Shown here: piece after piece, positions 29,513-37,351 of the stretch
Position numbering within the stretch: position 1 is the first letter of the stretch
How the letters are laid out: each line of letters begins with the position of its first letter
Assembly (NCBI GenBank): GCA_965215015.1
Contig: OZ244042.1
Coordinates: 2,624,001-2,688,000 of the forward strand
DNA from: Candidatus Poribacteria bacterium
Lineage (GTDB): Bacteria > Poribacteria > WGA-4E > PCPOR2b
DNA length: 64,000 bases
Direction of reading: 5' to 3'
Translations under genes and position numbers: made by a program
The notes under the pieces: model-generated
Told to the model about the DNA's origin: nothing
What the model saw: only the letters and a program-made list of their open reading frames with translations
The model's database searches: none

Positions 29513-31837
29513 TTAATCTGCTGATTGACTCAATTGCTCAATTGTCCATTCGCACCGTTCAATCCAATCCTTTGCTCTGTTAATGGTGCCGAGGGACAGC
29601 GCATTATTGGCGGCAATTCGGCGAAACTGCTCAACAGCCTCCTCATATTGTCCAAGCCTATAGAAGTTTACACCGATGAGCCTCATATTTTCAATCGCTA
29701 GATTCTGGTGTGGTAGACCCAATGTAGCGGCTTTTGACAGATACTGATTTGATGTGGCGTACTCCTGATCAAAATAGAGCTGCCGTCCAATGAGATAATG
29801 CCCCAACCCCCACTCCGGCAACGCATTGATTACCTCGTGAAGCAGTGTCATCCTGAGTCTGCTTGATAACTGGCTGATGAGGGCTTGCCTGATTCTATTC
29901 TCTATATTGGGGGAATCGAGGGCAAGTGTTGCGAGCTTGGCTTGTACTTCCCGGCCGAGGGAGTCAGAAGTGTGAAGCATGAACACCTCCTGATAGCGTG
30001 AACGAGCCTCCTCACGCCCTCCTTGCTGCCAATAGACATTTCCTTCTACATTTTTCGCCTCCGCAACCCGACCTACACTGGCTTGTGGGTGTGCGATGAT
30101 ATTCGATGCCCACTCTAAGGTTGACGGATAATCTTCCATTTGATAGTAAGCGTACATAAGCCCTCGCAGATGGCGTGGATTGTCCGGATCAAATTGGTAT
30201 ATCTGTTCAAACAGCCGAATTGCCGCGCTCATATTTGTTTGCTGATACGCTCGCCACGCGTCCGAAGAGAGCTGAGCAATCTCATGGGCGCACGGTTTTT
30301 GGAAGATACTGGGACGCTTGAAACGATGCTCCGCAATAACTAAATCTGTTTCCGTCAGTGTAGCCGTTTCCAGAAATTCCTTCCAATCCCCCTCAAGTTT
30401 TACGAGGGATTTATTGTAAACCTCCTTGAAATTCCCGGTTGGAAAGACACGCTTGGCTTTTTCAATCCCATACCTGTCAATGAGAAAGCGCACAAAAGAA
30501 CCCGCCAACGTATAACTCTGCGACGAGGCTTGCGCCCAAAAACCGAGCCCCATGATCTGGTTCATCTTCGGGGCAATTCTCAACTGTTGCATCGCCTGAC
30601 TCCACTGATGCGCTGTCAATTTCCCTTCATCCCAATCCGCGGCGACAGCAATCCCTTCATGCAGCCCGATTGAGAGACTGACCTTCAGAATCGGATGCCA
30701 GTCCGCTGTCAAAGCGTGTGCTAACTCATGTTTCATGACTGGATGGGGGAAATCCTCGTAGTTGATATGAAAGCCGTACCCAAGCGGATCTTCAATTGAT
30801 GTGCCCCCTGCCCCTACGAGTCGCTTTTTCTGTGCAGGCGAAGTGTAGATATAGGATTGAACCTTCTGGGTGGGCTGTATCTGGAAATAGCGGATCAACT
30901 GTGCATAGCGAAACTCGTGATCTTGGGCAATCCATTCCATCTCCTTTTCAACCGGCGAACCCTGCTCGTAGTAGATTTTGAAATGCGCTGTCTCCTTCAG
31001 TCCACCTAATTTGTTCTCAATATATCCTCGCGTTGGACGCAACCCCAGCTCTCCGCGAAATAGGCAAATCAACCCAAACAGGATTATTAGCGCAATGAGG
31101 CGAATTCGATGATTCAAATCCGCAAATCGCGGTTTGAATCGGTAAAGTTTTCGCCAATAGAGGGTTGGCTCCAATCGGGTATGCCTGCCAATCTCCAATG
31201 TGTTGATTGCAAACGATAGAAAAATCCAACCCAACAGCAGTGTTGTTCCGCGTGCGATTAGCAGGGTGCCGGATATCACGATACGCTCGTCATAGATGGG
31301 TCCGGGAAAGTAGCCAAAGGTTGAATGATAGCCGAAGACAGGCGGGTGAAAGATGAGGTTGTAGGCGAGGGCCAGGAGTGTGGCAAAGATATAAGCGATA
31401 TAAGCGAGATAGGCCGTCCAACGTCGCTTCAACCATAACCCGAAGAACACGCCCAAAGCAGTGGCATAAACACAACTGACCACAGGCAAGAGGAGAAAGA
31501 AAACGAACCCCTCCAAGAAATCGCAATTTTTGACGCGGAACGCATTCAACAAAATGATGATTAACGGTGCGACCAGCAATGTCAGGTTGATCCCAAACGT
31601 TCGCCAGAAAACCGACATAACCCTCTGAGCGGCAGTGCCTCTCAGAGATTGTGTGCGATGTCTCAGATAGCCTACACCCGTCACAGCAGTATGCGCCCCT
31701 GCGAATGAAACCCCGAAAGCAAGAATCGCACAAAATTCAAACGCGAGGAGATTAAACAGGGGAGTGTTTGCAAGAATCAACGCGAGGAGCGTCAATGCAG
31801 CAAACCAGAGCCAGTAAGAGAAGGATTGGAAAAGCAT
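29513..31837 (-). CDS. Multi-pass membrane protein with gluzincin metallopeptidase motif and C-terminal TPRs
   Basis: About 7 N-terminal TM helices; HELAH followed by LHEGIA; SYTLAGSFVRFL; TPR-like helices. Confidence 0.75.
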   Translation of the reverse strand: MLFQSFSYWLWFAALTLLALILANTPLFNLLAFEFCAILAFGVSFAGAHTAVTGVGYLRHRTQSLRGTAAQRVMSVFWRTFGINLTLLVAPLIIILLNAFRVKNCDFLEGFVFFLLLPVVSCVYATALGVFFGLWLKRRWTAYLAYIAYIFATLLALAYNLIFHPPVFGYHSTFGYFPGPIYDERIVISGTLLIARGTTLLLGWIFLSFAINTLEIGRHTRLEPTLYWRKLYRFKPRFADLNHRIRLIALIILFGLICLFRGELGLRPTRGYIENKLGGLKETAHFKIYYEQGSPVEKEMEWIAQDHEFRYAQLIRYFQIQPTQKVQSYIYTSPAQKKRLVGAGGTSIEDPLGYGFHINYEDFPHPVMKHELAHALTADWHPILKVSLSIGLHEGIAVAADWDEGKLTAHQWSQAMQQLRIAPKMNQIMGLGFWAQASSQSYTLAGSFVRFLIDRYGIEKAKRVFPTGNFKEVYNKSLVKLEGDWKEFLETATLTETDLVIAEHRFKRPSIFQKPCAHEIAQLSSDAWRAYQQTNMSAAIRLFEQIYQFDPDNPRHLRGLMYAYYQMEDYPSTLEWASNIIAHPQASVGRVAEAKNVEGNVYWQQGGREEARSRYQEVFMLHTSDSLGREVQAKLATLALDSPNIENRIRQALISQLSSRLRMTLLHEVINALPEWGLGHYLIGRQLYFDQEYATSNQYLSKAATLGLPHQNLAIENMRLIGVNFYRLGQYEEAVEQFRRIAANNALSLGTINRAKDWIERCEWTIEQLSQSAD

Positions 31838-32221
31838 AAGATCTTTGGAGGTGAGACGGAGTTAGATTTTATCCTCTCGGTTTAAGTTGGGTAGACGGAA
31901 ATTTCATACGACATGCCTTTGCCATTTTCATCCCCATAGAAGCCCGCCGATAGGGGGTCAATGATGAGTCGTTTTGCCAGCCTTGCCTCACAGATTTTTT
32001 GCAATGAAAACGCTGCGGGTGGGGCTTGGCTGCGGGGCTGGATATGCTTGCCTAAGTTGTCAAAAATGTTACGGGTCCGGCTGTTGATTTCGTCTATATT
32101 ATCCTCGTAGCTTGCGTAAATAACATTTATTGGCTCAAACGGTGCTCGCTGCGCGCTTGACGCTATAACCTTTCTTGGGTTCACCGCTCGTTGTATCATC
32201 AATCATTAGACTCACCTCCTT

Positions 32222-33244
32222 TCAAATATCGATAAATTCATACTGAGGAGTGGGCAAGCGGTCCTTAATTGTATTTAACTTATGGAGTGTTGCTTTTATG
32301 GCATGTTCTGATTGGTCTATACCTATCCAGTTTCTACCTAGTAAATGTGCAGATTTCACGGTCGTCCCAGAACCACAAAAACAATCTAAAACAATACTTT
32401 CAGGATTAGAAGAAGTTTTAATGATTCGGTCTAACAAGTTCGGATTCTTTTCTGTTGGATAAGTTGGGGATTGAGGGTCTTTATACTCCCAAATATCCTG
32501 CACTCTTTTACCCGCTTGCTGATCCGCAAAGATTCTTTTCCTGGGGTTTCCCGTCGATGACCATTCTATCAGCCCTTCTTCATCCCATCTTTCTAAGGTT
32601 TCCACATCTGTTCGCCAGTGGCGCCCCTTCGGAGGAAATAAGCCTTTGAATGCTTGGCTTGATTTACCGTTTTCTGTCTCGCCTGGGGCATGGAGCGGTA
32701 CAGTTGTATATCTTCTTCCCCTTTTCACTTTGGGATATAACCGCGCTAGGTCTTTTTCTGTATACGGTTCTTTCGGTTCATTCCATATAGGTTGTAGCGA
32801 TTTAGAATAGAATAAAATAAGGTCCTTTATATTTCCGTATCCTACCCGCTTAAAGTTCTTTGGATTACACTTTATTCTGGTAATGTCATTCCTGAAATTA
32901 TTTATCCCAAAAACTTCATCCATCATAACTTTTACATAATGTCCGATTTTATAATCGATATGAAGATAAATAGAACCTTTATCCGATAGTAACTCTTTGA
33001 GTAGAAGTAATCTCTCTCTTAAAAATTCAATAAAGTCCTTTCCGGTGCGCTTATCAGAATAAGCGACATCACCTTTTCGGGAATTACTTACAGTAGATGC
33101 TCTTTCATCCGTAATTGTAAAATTACTGTTGGTCGCAAAGGGAGGGTCTATGTAGACCAAATCAATCCTACCTTTTAATCTTACCTTCCTCAGCAGGTAT
33201 TCAAGCCCCTTGATATTGTCCCCCTTTATAATTAGGTTCTGCAT
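32222..33244 (-). CDS. Site-specific DNA amino-methyltransferase, beta class (orphan)
   Basis: IDPPF (motif IV) precedes DCFCGSGTT (motif I); YPTEK; visibly more AT-rich than neighbours. Confidence 0.93.
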   Translation of the reverse strand: MQNLIIKGDNIKGLEYLLRKVRLKGRIDLVYIDPPFATNSNFTITDERASTVSNSRKGDVAYSDKRTGKDFIEFLRERLLLLKELLSDKGSIYLHIDYKIGHYVKVMMDEVFGINNFRNDITRIKCNPKNFKRVGYGNIKDLILFYSKSLQPIWNEPKEPYTEKDLARLYPKVKRGRRYTTVPLHAPGETENGKSSQAFKGLFPPKGRHWRTDVETLERWDEEGLIEWSSTGNPRKRIFADQQAGKRVQDIWEYKDPQSPTYPTEKNPNLLDRIIKTSSNPESIVLDCFCGSGTTVKSAHLLGRNWIGIDQSEHAIKATLHKLNTIKDRLPTPQYEFIDI

Positions 33245-33264
33245 TTGATAGCCCCCTCCTTATT

Positions 33265-33315
33265 TTAGAGTTGATACAAAAACTCTCTTAAAACTAACGA
33301 ACTCATGATGTTATT
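33265..33315 (-). pseudogene. C-terminal remnant of probable cognate restriction endonuclease
   Basis: NNIMSSLVLREFLYQL* ends 20 bp before the MTase ATG; resembles, from memory, the C-terminus of Tsp45I-family endonucleases. Confidence 0.5.
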
Positions 33316-33436
33316 CGGGGATTCCTCGTTCGGCCCAACCGACGGACTATTTATGAGCACCCCTCAAAATTCTTAACTTGACAACCGGCTATGGAATACT
33401 CTAATATTTTACCATATATAGACGTGAGGAGAGAAT

Positions 33437-35011
33437 ATGGAAAGTGCTACACTTGCCGCAATCGATGTTGGATCCAACGCGATTCGGCTAAAGATTGTTG
33501 AAGTAAAAACTGATGGGACTGTTGAGGCGGTCTATCAGCACCGAGCACCCGTCCGTTTGGGACACGAGGTTTTCTTGACCGGGTTCCTAAACGATAATGT
33601 GATCGAAAAAGCAATCGAGGCATTTGGTGAATTTCGTGAAATCATCAATAAGATGAAGGTCCATACCACGCGCGCAATTGCGACCAGTGCAACACGCGAA
33701 GCCATCAATGGTGACAACCTCGTAAACCGTATCTACAATAGCTCCGGTGTACAGTTGGAACGTATCTCCGGCGGTGAAGAAGCCCGCCTCGTCCAACTCG
33801 CGGTCACTCGCAAAATCGATTTGCAGAATAAGGTCGCCCTGGTCATCGACATCGGCGGCGGGAGTGTTGAATTCGACGTCATCGATCACGGCTCAATTAT
33901 TTACTCCAACAGTCTTCGGTTAGGAACTGTAAGGCTGCAAGAGACCTTCCTACGAACGGATACTATTTCAGACTTACAGATTCTGTTGCTCAGGGCATAT
34001 ATGGAGCAGCTGCTCGAAACCACACTAGACGCCATCAACAAACACGAAATCGATTTGGTGCTCGGTACCGGCGGAAATGTCGAAGCACTCGGAAGGCAGT
34101 TGGGTGTTCTGGATCCGGATAACAACGAGTTTCCCAGAGACGTTCGTTTCATCCCACTACGGGATTTCCAACGCTTTGTCAGAGAGATTTCGAGACTCAG
34201 TGTGCAGGAACGCATGGAACGCTACGGTATGGAGCCGGACCGTGCTGACGTTATTTTGCCAGCGGGTCTCGTTCTCACGGAGGTAGTGAGCAATGTCATT
34301 GGGGCGAGGGGGCTTTATACCGCCAACGTCGGACTCAAGGATGGGTTACTTGCTGAGATGGCAGATCGCCATCGGAACTCATGGGACGTGACCTCCGAAG
34401 AAGCGGAGATTATCAAGGCGGCGATGGCCCTTGGCAACAAGTATCACTTCCATTTGGGACACGCCAAACAGGTTCGTTATTTGGCAGAGTTGCTGTTTGA
34501 TCAACTGCAACCGATTCATCGTTTGTCTTCAGAGTCGAGGCTGCTCCTGAGTGTGGCTGCAGCACTTCATGAAATCGGCGGCCATGTCAACCCATTGTCA
34601 CATCACAAACACTCCTACTACCTGATACGAAATTCGGAGATTGTTGGACTCAATGAAAAACAGCTTGAACTGGTTGCCAACATTGCCCGCTATCATCGCA
34701 AAGCATTCCCCAACCCCCACAAATCCTCGCATTTTCATTTTCAAAGCCTTTCGTATACTGAAAAGGAACAGGTGACCCGGTTGGCTGCTATTTTGCGGAT
34801 TGCTGATGCCTTAGACCATCAGCACAAATCGATTGTTGAGGATCTGAAAGTGAGGATTTTTGATGATGCGATTGAAATTGATGTGCGATCGTTCGACGAC
34901 TGTCTGTTGGAAAGATGGCATCTTCAAGAGAAGGGAAAATTGTTCGTCCATACATTTGGACGTTCTATCCGTCTGCTGGTGAATGGGAAAGTCGGTGAAC
35001 GGATTGATTAA
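33437..35011 (+). CDS. ppx: Ppx/GppA family exopolyphosphatase with C-terminal HD domain
   Basis: IDVGSN, ATSATREA, EEARL, DIGGGSVE, RADVI, LHEIG. Confidence 0.93.
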   Translation: MESATLAAIDVGSNAIRLKIVEVKTDGTVEAVYQHRAPVRLGHEVFLTGFLNDNVIEKAIEAFGEFREIINKMKVHTTRAIATSATREAINGDNLVNRIYNSSGVQLERISGGEEARLVQLAVTRKIDLQNKVALVIDIGGGSVEFDVIDHGSIIYSNSLRLGTVRLQETFLRTDTISDLQILLLRAYMEQLLETTLDAINKHEIDLVLGTGGNVEALGRQLGVLDPDNNEFPRDVRFIPLRDFQRFVREISRLSVQERMERYGMEPDRADVILPAGLVLTEVVSNVIGARGLYTANVGLKDGLLAEMADRHRNSWDVTSEEAEIIKAAMALGNKYHFHLGHAKQVRYLAELLFDQLQPIHRLSSESRLLLSVAAALHEIGGHVNPLSHHKHSYYLIRNSEIVGLNEKQLELVANIARYHRKAFPNPHKSSHFHFQSLSYTEKEQVTRLAAILRIADALDHQHKSIVEDLKVRIFDDAIEIDVRSFDDCLLERWHLQEKGKLFVHTFGRSIRLLVNGKVGERID

Positions 35012-35091
35012 CGCAATAATTAGATAGGGGCTTTTTCTCCGATGGTGCAAGCTGGTGAGTCTGTTAAGTTCAAGAGTTCATCGGGTCATTC

Positions 35092-35484
35092 TTAGTCTTC
35101 GCGGGGCTTCAACTTATACCGGTTCGTTTCAGGTTGCAGCTCTCGAATCAGCGTCGTCTCCAACGCTAGTGTCTCTTGTCGCTCCTCCGTGAATACCACC
35201 GAAAATTGGACGTAGTCACGGAACATGCGGAGCTGCCGCCGAAGTTTTGGATTCTCTTCGTCCGAGAGATGCTGGAGCAAACGTCGGCGCACGCAGGTCG
35301 TGGACTGACCGACATAGAGACATTCCGGCGCGTCCTCCGTGCTCGTTGGAAGCCACAAAGCATATAAGCCGCACTGATCTCTTGGTAGCTGCCGCACTGC
35401 CTCCCGGGTAAATGGCTGCCGCTCGCGCTCTAGTCGGTACTTCACGGAAAATGGGGTGAGGTAACGGTAAGGTGTGTTGGGCAT
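35092..35484 (-). CDS. Small stand-alone GIY-YIG nuclease
   Basis: GLY...LYVGQS...RRRLLQH...E...P.TN. Confidence 0.8.
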   Translation of the reverse strand: MPNTPYRYLTPFSVKYRLERERQPFTREAVRQLPRDQCGLYALWLPTSTEDAPECLYVGQSTTCVRRRLLQHLSDEENPKLRRQLRMFRDYVQFSVVFTEERQETLALETTLIRELQPETNRYKLKPRED

Positions 35485-35651
35485 GAATTGTTAGATAGCA
35501 GGGAACACAGATCTGCGTTCCCTACGAACCTTTTTTTCTTAGATGGAGGGGTGGGGTTCACCGTATCTATCTATAAAACCGTGTTGTTGAAAGGCAGCCC
35601 TCCTATTGTCCTTGATATGGATTCACTTTAACCCGTTCAACCCAACCTACC

Positions 35652-35727
35652 CCCCTTCAATATGTATAATTTTTGGAAATTATTATACATATTAGGTGGG
35701 ATATGTATAATATGTATACATATTGAT
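35652..35727. promoter_or_regulatory. 76-bp AT-rich operator-like array, copy 1
   Basis: 72/76 identical to 36989-37064; repeated ATATGTAT half-sites and a perfect AATATGTATACATATT palindrome. Confidence 0.7.
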
Positions 35728-35856
35728 CTTGGATAGACTCCTTTGCATCAAGGTAGGTTAACTGTAAGGTATGTTGGACATGATTCCAGCCACACTCAAG
35801 AAACAAGCAAACTCCAACTTGGTTTTTCGCTCCCGCTTGTGGTCTCCGCCGCAATC

Positions 35857-36951
35857 TCACTCTGACAGCAATTCCATCAGGCCTGTGTTGATGTAATAGT
35901 ACTCTCGTCCAATCTTCAAGCGTTCGAGCAACCCGAGTTCCGCTATTTCATTCAAGTATTTTGTGGCTGTAAGGCGGCTACAGTCCAATTCGTTCTGGAC
36001 AATACTAATTTTGCAATAAGGCCACTTAAATAGTAGGTCAATAAATCCTTCGCGTTCAATGGCTTTCGCTTTGCCACGTGCCTTTGTAATTACGTCGTTG
36101 ATAAGGACATTAATTACTTCTATCCTGCGTGCAGTGTCTCGTGCTGTCTGTGTCACCGCTTCCAACATGTAGAGTATCCACTGCTGCCATTTTCCGTCTT
36201 CCGTGACTTTGCGTAGGTAACGGTAATACTCAGATCGCCTTTGAATAAAGAAACGGCTCAGGTAAAGTATCGGTACATCTAGCAGCCCTTGATGTATCAG
36301 GTAGAGGATGTTGAGTATGCGGCCTGTCCGTCCGTTTCCGTCTGTAAAGGGGTGTATCGCTTCAAATTGATAGTGTATCACTGCTAGTTTGACAAGGGGT
36401 TGGAGTTCGTCACTATTGTCATTGATGAAGTGCTCAAGGTTGGTTAACAATCTGATAAGTTTCTCATATCCGGTGGGGGGCGTATAGATGAGCTCCCGTG
36501 TAATTGGATTGACAATCCTCACCTGAGATCTACGCACAGGCATCTCTACACCCCGAATATTTGAGCAAATCCGCTCAAGGAGCGGTGTATTCAGAATGGA
36601 ACGATTGTTTAGGATAGTGAGGCCTTCCCACAATGCCTCGCGGTAGCGCAGCACCTCTTTAGTAGCAGGGCTCATTGGGGCTTTGTTAGAAGTCATCGCT
36701 CGATACAATTCATCGTTCGTAGTGACGATGTTTTCGATTTCCGAACTCTTGCGTGCCTCCTGAAGTGGTAATGTGTGGACCAGGACTGCTTCATTTGGTA
36801 GCATCTTTACCAAGGCGTTTGCTCTAGTAAGCTCCGAATGCGCCGAAATGCACGCTCTGAGTATGTCCCGCGATTCGATGTCCGCGGCCGGTGGAAGTTC
36901 AGGAATGTCATTCCATGGGGTATTTGGATCCAATCGGGCCCGCGTTGCCAT
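35857..36951 (-). CDS. Fic-family adenylyltransferase (class II, SoFic-like, probable C-terminal winged HTH)
   Basis: HPFTDGNGRTGR catalytic motif, SSEIEN inhibitory helix, SRLTATKYL..GLL C-terminus. Confidence 0.94.
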   Translation of the reverse strand: MATRARLDPNTPWNDIPELPPAADIESRDILRACISAHSELTRANALVKMLPNEAVLVHTLPLQEARKSSEIENIVTTNDELYRAMTSNKAPMSPATKEVLRYREALWEGLTILNNRSILNTPLLERICSNIRGVEMPVRRSQVRIVNPITRELIYTPPTGYEKLIRLLTNLEHFINDNSDELQPLVKLAVIHYQFEAIHPFTDGNGRTGRILNILYLIHQGLLDVPILYLSRFFIQRRSEYYRYLRKVTEDGKWQQWILYMLEAVTQTARDTARRIEVINVLINDVITKARGKAKAIEREGFIDLLFKWPYCKISIVQNELDCSRLTATKYLNEIAELGLLERLKIGREYYYINTGLMELLSE

Positions 36952-36988
36952 ATTCTACCATCTTTCGGTACGGGACAACGATTGTTGT

Positions 36989-37064
36989 CCCCTTCAATAT
37001 GTATAGTTTTTGCCAATTATTATACATATTAGGTGTGATATGTATAATATGTATACATATTGAT
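36989..37064. promoter_or_regulatory. 76-bp AT-rich operator-like array, copy 2, immediately upstream of fic
   Basis: Direct repeat of 35652-35727; contains TATAAT on the fic strand. Confidence 0.7.
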
Positions 37065-37115
37065 ATAACTGATTAGAGAAACGAGTTTTTTTAATTCGGT
37101 TTCTTTGACGGGGCA

Positions 37116-37184
37116 CTAAATCGGCATGTCGATCTGTCTGTCCTGTCTGTCCGCTGTCATCTGCTGCTGAATCCGTTCCCATTC
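37116..37184 (-). pseudogene. Duplicated 3' end of DUF1156 methylase gene
   Basis: EWERIQQQMTADRQDRQIDMPI* vs intact EWEQIQKQMTADRQIDMPI*. Confidence 0.9.
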
Positions 37185-37258
37185 AAAATGGACAGCCATC
37201 ACGGTAATCGTCAATTGCACAAGCCGATAGACGGACATGCTCACGTATGGAATCGGGT

Positions 37259-37351
37259 TTCCCCCTGCTTGCGGGAGGGTTAGGGAGGTACTTTACCCGC
37301 CACTTGCACCCTTCCTTCTATTCCCCCCTGCTTGCGGGGGGTCAGGGGGGG
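37259..37351. repeat. REP doublet (CCCCCTGCTTGCGGG family)
   Basis: Two copies directly after the DUF1156 stop codon. Confidence 0.85.

Noticed and set aside
31882-32206. 106-aa ORF downstream of the MTase
   Set aside because: No recognisable motif; the strong AAGGAGGT RBS best fits an ATG at 32206 that gives only 23 codons. Possibly a pseudogene, but it cannot be assigned.
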